DNA of 64,000 nucleotides, taken from assembly GCA_947629325.1 (NCBI GenBank), contig CANRDE010000002.1:785-64784 (forward strand), in the 5' to 3' direction. Position 1 is the first letter of the stretch. The number at the start of each line of letters is the position of its first letter. Positions 29,301 to 36,462 of the stretch are shown here, piece by piece. The position numbers and the translations under genes are program-made. A model generated the notes under the pieces. It searched no databases and was not told the origin of the DNA. It saw only the letters and a program-made list of their open reading frames with translations. Source of the DNA: an uncultured Bacilli bacterium. GTDB lineage: Bacteria; Bacillota_I; Bacilli_A; RF39; UBA660.

Positions 29301-30237
29301 CTGGTTTCATATTACCATTGGTATCGACATTAACATCAGGAATATTATTACCGTCTATATCGACATTAACATCTGGCCAACCATCTTTATTGACATCACA
29401 GTTAAGATCACACTTACCATCTTTATTAGTATCTCTATTACTTAAATTGCGATCTGGTTTACCATCACCATTAACATCTACATTAATATCGGGAATATAA
29501 TCATGGTTGTAATCAATATTTAAATCTGCTACTCCATTTTTATCAGTATCAATATTGATATCTGGTTTACCATCACCATCCATATCAATATTCAAATCTG
29601 GTAAATTATCCCCATTTAAATCACAATTTAAATCACATTTGCCATCATTATTTGTATCTTGATTAATTAAGTTACGATCTGGCTTACCATCAGTTTCTGC
29701 CTCAATATCTATATTATTATCTCCATCAGTATCAAGACCATATCTTTTATCTAAATTATTATCTATATTAAAATCGGGAATTCCATCACCATTCACATCA
29801 ATATTAATATCAGGAATTCCGTCACCATTAATATCAATATTAATATCTGGTAAGTTATTACCGTTAGTATCAATGTTTAAATCAGCTTTACCATCACCAT
29901 TAATATCTATATTATAATCGGGATGATTATCTTTATCAGCATCACAATTTAAATCACATTTACCATCATTATCAGTATCTTGATTTATAAAATTTTTATC
30001 TGGTTTTGAATCACCATTTAAATCCAAGTTAAATCGAGGAGTTTTCTTATCTTTTCCATAAGTAATATTAATATCTGGTAAACCATCACCATCAATATCA
30101 ATATTGACTCTTGACCTAAAGCCTCCCACTTCAAATATATAATAAGAAAGGATTAATATTAAACACAATATCATTATTATTAACATAATAACGATAGACA
30201 TTAATCTTTTTCTTTGTTTTTTATTTTGTACTTCCAT
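26365..30237 (-). CDS. giant membrane-anchored hyper-acidic repeat protein (DxDxDG-type Ca-loop array with C-x3-C pairs, plus a non-repetitive C-terminal beta-rich domain)
   Basis: Uninterrupted 1290-aa ORF. N-terminus is KKQRKR followed by one TM helix. Residues ~45-1090 are 12-residue D/N/G/P units. There are 14 C-x-x-N-C-D motifs and 8 AET[DN]G markers. A DDDDD run precedes the ~195-aa C-terminal domain. Confidence 0.85.
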   Translation of the reverse strand: MEVQNKKQRKRLMSIVIMLIIMILCLILILSYYIFEVGGFRSRVNIDIDGDGLPDINITYGKDKKTPRFNLDLNGDSKPDKNFINQDTDNDGKCDLNCDADKDNHPDYNIDINGDGKADLNIDTNGNNLPDINIDINGDGIPDINIDVNGDGIPDFNIDNNLDKRYGLDTDGDNNIDIEAETDGKPDRNLINQDTNNDGKCDLNCDLNGDNLPDLNIDMDGDGKPDINIDTDKNGVADLNIDYNHDYIPDINVDVNGDGKPDRNLSNRDTNKDGKCDLNCDVNKDGWPDVNVDIDGNNIPDVNVDTNGNMKPDLNIDTNSDGKPDINIDIDGDNKPDYNIDTSVDKETDIDTNGDGKNDVKAETDGKPDKNKLNQDTNKDGRCDLNCDINNDNIPDVNIDTNGDGKPDVNVDTDKNGVPDLNIDYDHDLNPDINVDTDDDGKPNKNLTNQDTDGDGKCNLNCDVNKDGWPDVNVDIDGDGKPDVNVDNNGNMKPDLNIDTNSDGKPDINVDVNGDGKPDINIDTNVDKNMMIDTNGDGKKDVEAETDGTPDKNIVNQDTNKDGRCDLNCDIDGDNIPDVNIDTDGDKRCDVNCDINGDLVPDYNIDINDDLKPDINIDANNNMLPDLNIDTDNNGVPDINIDIDKDGKPDVNVDTQVDHNMGLDTNGDGNPDIDAETDGIPDKNKTNQDTNKDGKCDLNCDVNKDGYPDVNVDIDGDGNPDINVDTDGNMKPDLNIDTNSDGKCDLNCDTNGDKKPDLNVDRNVEKNIEIDTNGDGKKDVEAETDGKCDLNCDVNGDGNPDINIDTNNDSIPDINIDTDNNGLPDLNIDTNGDKKPDINIDTNGDNKPDVNVDTTPIPNISIDTDGDGDPDVKAETDGKADKNVDTNGDGQPDLNIDTNNDGKCDLNCDVNGDGNPDTNIDTNNDSIPDINIDTDNNGLPDLNIDTNGDKKPDINIDTNNDRKPDLNIDVTKVPNMDIDTDGDGLPDVKAETNGECDLNCDVNGDGNPDVNIDTNKDGKCDLNCDTNKNGLPDLNIDTNGDKKPDINVDVDGDGDADLNIDTTPEPNIDIDTDGDGDPDVKAETDGIPDKNIDTNGDGICDKNCDDKPPHETDDDDDKVDALITVMNTSNVNLYIKREDMLKDKVGDSEYIELESNKSRSKVSLQSYADITRCTYEATFTTIKNTFENRHRDGTLKEQLILQINGFEENNNNMIPKVYRLDLVEIKNKEYKLGTFTIENNVKTNSITDQNWDVKLLFRNYRNYDQTINAGKSLEGNLKFSVIACERIKEG
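26970..30100 (-). repeat. in-frame nested tandem repeats (36-nt units inside ~0.35-0.55 kb super-repeats)
   Basis: For example, 27381-27540 and 27729-27888 differ at about 5 positions over ~160 nt (348-nt offset). Copies at ~28733 and ~29278 share ggaattagtatcaatatttaagtctggtttcatattaccatt. Confidence 0.85.
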
Positions 30238-30240
30238 ATA

Positions 30241-30900
30241 TTAAGCCCCCTCAACTATTTCATCTATTCTTCCATTTATAGTTGCACTTTGAACTTCTAG
30301 TTTTAAGTATACTAGCTTACCAACTTCAGTAGTTGGCGTATCTTCTGATAACCAAATATAAACACGATATTCTTTAGAATCACTATGATCTATAAAATCT
30401 CTTAAAACTGGATAAGATTCATCAGTCGGAGTAAAGGCAGTAATAGGAATATAATATTGATGCCCTCCATCTTCTGAAAAATCTACCCAGCCATGTTTTG
30501 TCTCATCATAAAGGCCTAAATTAATATAATCTAAATTTACTAATTCTGAAGTTTTGTGACCATTTTTAGATAAATTTTCATAATCATAGCCAATCGTTAT
30601 AACAAATTCTGCATCTAAAGAACCAGTATTTTTTAAGACTAATTTAGCATAGCTATCATTGACATTAGGATTATCATCAGTTGGCAAGTCAGATGTAGGC
30701 AACAAATCATTTGTATTCATCGCTGCTGAAGATGTATCAATTAAAACATTTAAAGTTCCCGTTGAAATTTCTTTGAAAGTTGTTGGAGTTTTAACTGAAA
30801 AAAAGGCAGAATAGGAAAAAGCCAAAGTAATTAAAGTTAAAATCAGAACAGATATAATAATTATTTGTGCATTGTGTTTAGTCTCTTTTCCTAATTTCAT
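30241..30900 (-). CDS. TasA/camelysin-like secreted protein (tentative)
   Basis: 219 aa. An N-terminal anchor is followed by AFSYSAFFS....TFKEISTGTLNV, which resembles the SipW-type signal/TasA N-terminus pattern (GT.AaF.d....F..GTL.l). An AGGTGA RBS is present. The gene lies 3 nt upstream of the giant ORF. Confidence 0.45.
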   Translation of the reverse strand: MKLGKETKHNAQIIIISVLILTLITLAFSYSAFFSVKTPTTFKEISTGTLNVLIDTSSAAMNTNDLLPTSDLPTDDNPNVNDSYAKLVLKNTGSLDAEFVITIGYDYENLSKNGHKTSELVNLDYINLGLYDETKHGWVDFSEDGGHQYYIPITAFTPTDESYPVLRDFIDHSDSKEYRVYIWLSEDTPTTEVGKLVYLKLEVQSATINGRIDEIVEGA

Positions 30901-31030
30901 CCTATGTCACCTTATTCTAAGTTTATCACATATTTTTTTAACAAACAATATAAAATTTTTGCTATTAATTAATATTGTTTACTTTTATAAAGAAATAATG
31001 CTATAATATCTTGGTTAAACGGGTGATTTT

Positions 31031-32839
31031 ATGAAAATAAGAAATGTAGCAATTATTGCACATGTCGATCATGGAAAAACGGCTTTGGTCGACGAAATTT
31101 TAAAATATGTAGGAACTTTTAGAGAAAATCAAGACATCACAAATTTTTCGATGGATTCTAATCAAATTGAAAAAGAAAGAGGCATTACCATTTTAGCAAA
31201 AACAACTTCAATTATTTATAATGATACTAAAATAAATATTCTTGATACTCCTGGTCATGCTGATTTTGGTGGCGAAGTTGAAAGAATAATGAAAATGGTT
31301 GATGGCGTTATATTAGTAGTTGATGCTTATGAAGGGCCAATGCCTCAAACACGCTTCGTCTTAAAAAAAGCTATAGATGCTGGTGTTAAACCTATTGTGG
31401 TTATTAATAAAGTTGATAAACCAACAGCTAGAATAAAAGAGGTAGTTGACGAAGTTTTAGAATTATTCTTAGATTTAGGAGCAAATGATGAACAACTAGA
31501 TTTTAAAGTAGCTTATACTAGTGCTTTAAATGGAACTTCTAGTTTAAATAGTGATCTATCCACTCAAGAAAAATCTTTTAAATGTGTCTTAGATTTAATT
31601 GTCGATGAAATAAGTGATCCAAGCGGTGATATTAATAAACCATTACAATTTCAACCCGCTCTTTTAGATTATAATGATTATGTTGGACGGATTGCAATTG
31701 GCAGAGTTTTCAATGGCAAGGTTAAAGTTGGACAAATGGTAAATTGTTTAAGATTGGATGGCACTGAAAAAAATTTCCGGGTTCAAAAATTATTTGGCTT
31801 TTCTGCTCTTTCCAAAATTGAAGTTCAAGAAGTAACGGCTGGAGATATTTGTGCTATAGCAGGATTAGAAGATATTTCAGTAGGAGAAACTATTACGGAA
31901 ATTGGTAACCATGATAGACTGCCTATAATACATATTGATGAACCTACTCTGCAAATGACATTTGGAGTTAACACTTCTCCCTTTTCCGGAAAAGATGGCA
32001 AATTATTAACATCCCGTAAAATTGGGGAAAGATTAATTAAAGAAACGCAAAAAGATGTCAGTTTAAAAATTGAACAAATTGATACGGAAAACTTTTTAGT
32101 TTCTGGCCGAGGAGAATTACATTTATCTATTTTAATAGAAAATATGCGCCGGGAAGGATTTGAGCTTCAAGTATCAAAACCAAAGGTTATTTTAAAAGAA
32201 ATTAATGGGCAACAATGCGAACCATATGAAGAATTACAAATTGAAGTTGATGATGAATATATGGGAGCTGTAATTGAAGAATTAAGTACTAGAGGAGCTA
32301 ATATGGAAAATATGACCCATATTGGAACTCTTACAAGAATTAACTATACCATTCCTTCTAGAGGTTTAATTGGCTTTTCCCAAAATTTCATGACTTTAAC
32401 TAAAGGCTACGGAATTATGAACCATAGTTTTAAAGAATATGGCCCTATAGCCTCTGTTAATTTAGGAGAAAGAAAATTAGGTGTTCTTGTTTCTAGCGAG
32501 ACAGGAAAAGCAACTGCTTATAGCATAGGTCAATTAGAAGACCGTGGTGTAATGTTCATTGAACCTAATGCTGAAGTTTATGAAGGCATGATTGTGGGAG
32601 AATGTAATCGCGATAATGATTTAGCTATCAATGTTGTTAAGGGCAAAGATCTTACCAATATAAGAGCAGCCTTTTCTGATAAAACGGTTGTTTTAAAACG
32701 ACCTCGTCCAATAACATTAGAATATGCCCTAGATTATATTAATTCAGATGAACTAGTAGAAATTACTCCTCACTTTATAAGATTAAGAAAAGTTATACTA
32801 AATACCGAATTAAGAAAAAAATATGATGCTAAAAAATAA
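31031..32839 (+). CDS. typA: translational GTPase TypA/BipA
   Basis: 602 aa. G1 AHVDHGKT, G3 DTPGH and G4 NKVD motifs. The overall EF-G-like layout is without domain IV. Confidence 0.95.
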   Translation: MKIRNVAIIAHVDHGKTALVDEILKYVGTFRENQDITNFSMDSNQIEKERGITILAKTTSIIYNDTKINILDTPGHADFGGEVERIMKMVDGVILVVDAYEGPMPQTRFVLKKAIDAGVKPIVVINKVDKPTARIKEVVDEVLELFLDLGANDEQLDFKVAYTSALNGTSSLNSDLSTQEKSFKCVLDLIVDEISDPSGDINKPLQFQPALLDYNDYVGRIAIGRVFNGKVKVGQMVNCLRLDGTEKNFRVQKLFGFSALSKIEVQEVTAGDICAIAGLEDISVGETITEIGNHDRLPIIHIDEPTLQMTFGVNTSPFSGKDGKLLTSRKIGERLIKETQKDVSLKIEQIDTENFLVSGRGELHLSILIENMRREGFELQVSKPKVILKEINGQQCEPYEELQIEVDDEYMGAVIEELSTRGANMENMTHIGTLTRINYTIPSRGLIGFSQNFMTLTKGYGIMNHSFKEYGPIASVNLGERKLGVLVSSETGKATAYSIGQLEDRGVMFIEPNAEVYEGMIVGECNRDNDLAINVVKGKDLTNIRAAFSDKTVVLKRPRPITLEYALDYINSDELVEITPHFIRLRKVILNTELRKKYDAKK

Positions 32840-32862
32840 CATCATATTTTTTTATTATAATT

Positions 32863-32939
32863 TGGTAACCCGTACGGGGTTCGAACCCGTGAATGCTGCG
32901 CTGAGAACGCAGTGTGTTAAGCCACTTCACCAACGGGCT
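32863..32939 (-). tRNA. tRNA-Glu (anticodon CUC)
   Basis: The minus strand reads AGCCCGTTGGTGAAGTGGCTTAACACACTGCGTTCTCAGCGCAGCATTCACGGGTTCGAACCCCGTACGGGTTACCA. The cloverleaf folds by hand. The anticodon stem is CTGCG/CGCAG with loop TTCTCAG. CCA is encoded. It is very similar to my recollection of Bacillus tRNA-Glu. Confidence 0.9.
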
Positions 32940-33055
32940 AAAATTTAAAGCCAAATTAAGTTTATCATGAACTTTGCTTTAAATCAATCAAAACATCAAA
33001 TCTTTTAGCACAAAACATGAAAGCCGAATATATTATATATGTAAGGAGTGTTTGT

Positions 33056-34051
33056 GTGAAGAAAAAGATTATATATATTATAACAGGTATTGTTTTGTTA
33101 ATAACTATTACTCTAATTATTGGGTTATTTATAAACAAAGATGATAAAAATACATCAAAAAGTCAAAATATAAAAGTAGCGGAAGTAACTCATAGTGTTT
33201 TTTATACACCTTTTTATGTCGCAATGGAAAAGGGATATTTTGAAGAAGAAAATATTAATATAGATTTATTATTAGTAAGTGGAAGCGATAATGTTGCGGC
33301 CGCTGTTTTATCAGGGGATACCGAAATAGGCTTAGCCGGACCAGAATCAGCTACATATGTTTATTTAGGTAAAGAGAAAGACTATTTGCAAGTTTTTGCC
33401 GGTTTGACAAAAAGAGATGGCCAATTTATACTGTCTCGAAAGGACGAAAACTTTACTTGGGATAATTTGATTGGAAAAGAAATTTTAATTGGCAGAAGTA
33501 CAGGAATGCCCGGATTAAGTTTTTTAAGAGCATTAGAAAATCAAGGAATAAGTAAAGATGATGTCAAAATTAATACCTCTATAGAATTTGCCGAATTATC
33601 TGGAGCTTTTATCGGAGGAGAAGGAGATTATGTTAATTTATTTGAGCCGTTAGCCTCAAGTTTAGAAGATAATAATCAAGGTTATGTTGTTACCAGTGTA
33701 GGAGCTGCTTCTGATGCCTTTCCTTATACGGCTTTTTATGCTCGTAAAAGTTATATAAATGCCAATACAGAATTACTAAAAAAATTTACTAAAGCCATTA
33801 AAAAAGGATTAGACTTTACATTTAATAATAATGATGATGAAGTTGCCAAAGTGATTCATAACCAATTTAGTGATAGCGATGTTAAAGATTTAGCCAGCAT
33901 GATTAAAAGATACAAAGAAGCAGATGCTTGGTTATCTACTCCATTTGTAGAAGAAGAATTTTTTAATACTTTAATAGATTTACTTAAAGAAAACAAATTA
34001 ATAGATGAAATTGTTTACTATGATGATTTGGTAAATAATATGTATGAATAA
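33056..34051 (+). CDS. ABC transporter substrate-binding lipoprotein-like protein (NMT1/THI5-like, NitT/TauT family)
   Basis: Preferred start is GTG 33056, with AGGAG 7 nt upstream. The ORF-track ATG 33017 has no RBS. An N-terminal anchor is followed by a periplasmic-binding fold, in context with the ATPase and permease. Confidence 0.7.
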   Translation: MKKKIIYIITGIVLLITITLIIGLFINKDDKNTSKSQNIKVAEVTHSVFYTPFYVAMEKGYFEEENINIDLLLVSGSDNVAAAVLSGDTEIGLAGPESATYVYLGKEKDYLQVFAGLTKRDGQFILSRKDENFTWDNLIGKEILIGRSTGMPGLSFLRALENQGISKDDVKINTSIEFAELSGAFIGGEGDYVNLFEPLASSLEDNNQGYVVTSVGAASDAFPYTAFYARKSYINANTELLKKFTKAIKKGLDFTFNNNDDEVAKVIHNQFSDSDVKDLASMIKRYKEADAWLSTPFVEEEFFNTLIDLLKENKLIDEIVYYDDLVNNMYE

Positions 34052-34793
34052 TATATTACATATCGAAAATTTAACTAAAAATTATCAAACTAAAGAAGGC
34101 ATAATTGCAGCGATTAAAAATCTAAATTTAGAAGTTAAAAAAGGAGAAATTATATCTTTAGTAGGTCCTTCAGGATGTGGAAAATCAACTCTACTATCTA
34201 TTATAGATGGGCTTGATAACGATTATAGTGGCTATATTCAAAAAGATAATAAATTAAAGATTGCTTATATGTTACAAAGTGATGCCCTACTTCCTTGGTT
34301 AACCATTTATGAAAATGCTATACTAGGGCTTAAAATAGAACATAATTTGAACCGACAAAATCTAGAATATGTTGATTATTTATTAGATTTATATAATTTG
34401 AAAGAATTTAAAAATAATTATCCCCAAAATTTATCTGGAGGTATGAAACAAAGACTTGCTCTTATTCGCACCCTCGCTTTAAAGCCTGATTTATTATTGT
34501 TGGATGAACCTTTTAGCGCTTTAGATCAACAATCAAGGCTTCTAATTAGCGATGATGTTTATAAAATAATTAAAAAAGAAAAGAAAACTGTTTTATTAGT
34601 AACTCACAATATAGAAGAAGCTATTACTTTCTCGGATAAAGTTATTATTCTTTCTAAAAGACCAGCGTCTATTAAAAAAATTTTAACAATTGATATTAAA
34701 AATGAATCATCTATTTATGAAAGAAGAAAAGACATAAATTTTAATAAATACTTTGATATTATTTGGAAGGACTTAGATATCAATGAAGAATAA
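34044..34793 (+). CDS. ABC transporter ATP-binding protein
   Basis: Walker A GPSGCGKST, signature LSGGMKQR and Walker B LLLLDEPFSALD. Confidence 0.9.
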   Translation: MNNILHIENLTKNYQTKEGIIAAIKNLNLEVKKGEIISLVGPSGCGKSTLLSIIDGLDNDYSGYIQKDNKLKIAYMLQSDALLPWLTIYENAILGLKIEHNLNRQNLEYVDYLLDLYNLKEFKNNYPQNLSGGMKQRLALIRTLALKPDLLLLDEPFSALDQQSRLLISDDVYKIIKKEKKTVLLVTHNIEEAITFSDKVIILSKRPASIKKILTIDIKNESSIYERRKDINFNKYFDIIWKDLDINEE

Positions 34794-35571
34794 TGAGCAA
34801 AAGTATTTAAAAACTATAAAAAAGCAAAAAATTAAAATTTTAATATGGCAATTATTTATATTATTTCTTTTTTTTAGCATATGGGAATATTTAACATCTA
34901 AAGAAATTATAAGCCCTTTTATTTATTCTAGTCCTACTAGGATAATTAAGTGTGTTATAGAATTAATTCATAATCATAATTTCTTTATTCACATTTATGT
35001 TACTTTAAAAGAAGTTATTATATCTTTTATACTCGGAATAAGTATTGGTTTCATTATAGCGTTATTATTATATGAATTTAAATTTTTAGCCCAAATTTTA
35101 GACCCTTTTTTAACTATGCTTAATTCACTACCCAAAGTAGCTTTAGGTCCATTAATAATAATCCTATGGGGAGCAAATATTAAAAGCGTGATAATTATGG
35201 CCCTATTAATTAATTTAATAGTTAGTATAATAACAATATATAATGGTTTTCAATGCACCGATGAGTATAGATTAAAACTTTTTAAATCCATGAAAGCATC
35301 TAAATTGCAAATAATGACGAAATTGGTCATTCCTAGTAGTTATCAAACAATTATTGCTTCTTTCAAATTATGCGTTGCTCAGACTTTAGTCGGGATCATC
35401 ATGGGAGAATTTTTAGTTAGTAAACAAGGTATAGGATATTTGATCGTTTATGGTAAACAAATTTTTAATTTAAATTTGGTTATGACCGGTATTATTCTAT
35501 TAGCTATTATTTCTTATCTTTTATATAAAATTATTACTTGTTTAGAAAAGAAACTATTAAAACATATATAA
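34783..35571 (+). CDS. ABC transporter permease (BPD_transp_1 type)
   Basis: 262 aa with six hydrophobic helices. Overlaps the ATPase gene by 11 nt. Confidence 0.8.
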   Translation: MKNNEQKYLKTIKKQKIKILIWQLFILFLFFSIWEYLTSKEIISPFIYSSPTRIIKCVIELIHNHNFFIHIYVTLKEVIISFILGISIGFIIALLLYEFKFLAQILDPFLTMLNSLPKVALGPLIIILWGANIKSVIIMALLINLIVSIITIYNGFQCTDEYRLKLFKSMKASKLQIMTKLVIPSSYQTIIASFKLCVAQTLVGIIMGEFLVSKQGIGYLIVYGKQIFNLNLVMTGIILLAIISYLLYKIITCLEKKLLKHI

Positions 35572-35612
35572 AAAAGAATGTTAGAAATTATTATATTTCT
35601 AACATTCTTTTT
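35571..35612. terminator. bidirectional intrinsic terminator
   Basis: A perfect 18-bp stem, AAAAAGAATGTTAGAAAT / ATTTCTAACATTCTTTTT, lies between the convergent permease and nusG genes. Confidence 0.75.
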
Positions 35613-36144
35613 AATTTTTACTTACTTGGAATAATTCAACATCAACTGATGTTTCTTGACCAAATAAATCTATAATAATATTTAGGCGGTTATTTTCAAG
35701 ATCAATATTATCAACTTTACCAATCATTCCTTTGAAAGGTCCATCAACAATACTTACAGAATCACCAACTTTTAAATCATTTTCGACATTAACTCTACTC
35801 ATACCCATATTAACTAAAATACGATCAATTTCTTGAGGTAATAAAGGAGTTGGTTTAGCTCCTTTTCCGCTTGAACCAATAAAGCCTGTTACTCCTGGAG
35901 TATTTCTGACAATATACCAAGCTTCATCAGACATTATCATTTCTACTAAAATATAACCAGGGAACATTTTTTTTATTTTTTCTTTTTTAACGCCATCTTT
36001 AACTTCTACTTCTTTTGTTTCCGGAATAACTACTCTAAAAATATAGTCTTGCATTCCCATTGATTCTATTTTAGCTTCTAATTTTTCTTTAACCTTACTT
36101 TCGTGTCCTGAATAAGTATTTACTACATACCATAATTTTTCCAT
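35611..36144 (-). CDS. nusG: transcription termination/antitermination factor NusG
   Basis: 177 aa. WYVV.TYSGHE NGN domain, a C-terminal KOW (GD.V.I..GPF.G..G.V), and a position downstream of secE. Confidence 0.95.
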   Translation of the reverse strand: MEKLWYVVNTYSGHESKVKEKLEAKIESMGMQDYIFRVVIPETKEVEVKDGVKKEKIKKMFPGYILVEMIMSDEAWYIVRNTPGVTGFIGSSGKGAKPTPLLPQEIDRILVNMGMSRVNVENDLKVGDSVSIVDGPFKGMIGKVDNIDLENNRLNIIIDLFGQETSVDVELFQVSKN

Positions 36145-36371
36145 TAATTAAAAATCCCCTTTACATATGCCATTATTAAATTTAATATTTCAAAGAATAT
36201 AACCAAAATAATACAAAAGACAATTGTTGCTAGTGTATATTTTACTATATCCTTAAAACTAGGCCACTTTACCATTTGTAACTCTTTTTTTAAAGTGCTA
36301 CTAGAATTCTTTTTAATATTTTTACTCTTTTTTGTTTTTTTTGGTTTTGTATCTTTTTTATCTTTAATCAT
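36144..36371 (-). CDS. secE: preprotein translocase subunit SecE
   Basis: Start is placed at the internal ATG (MIKDKK...) with GGGAGG 7 nt upstream. The basic N-terminus, KWPS motif and single C-terminal TM are typical of SecE. Confidence 0.8.
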   Translation of the reverse strand: MIKDKKDTKPKKTKKSKNIKKNSSSTLKKELQMVKWPSFKDIVKYTLATIVFCIILVIFFEILNLIMAYVKGIFN

Positions 36372-36462
36372 TATAAACCTCCCAAATATTTTAAACCAAT
36401 TAAAAAACACTTTCGTGTTCATTAATAATATAGCATAATTCTAATTTATAATCAATATAAAA

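Noticed and set aside
27182-29500. Plus-strand ORFs inside the giant gene (27182..27568, 27565..27762, 27578..28120, 28567..28752, 28622..28891, 29270..29500) encoding SGLPSP/FKSG-type repeats, plus the minus-strand alternative-frame ORF 26871..27059
   Set aside because: They are antisense or off-frame shadows of the D/N/G/P repeat codons. They are fragmented, lack RBSs and are fully contained in the single uninterrupted 1290-aa minus-strand ORF.
26970-30100. Regularly spaced short repeats that might suggest a CRISPR array
   Set aside because: The period is 36 nt without unique spacers. The repeats are degenerate and in frame, lie inside one long ORF, and no cas genes or leader are present.
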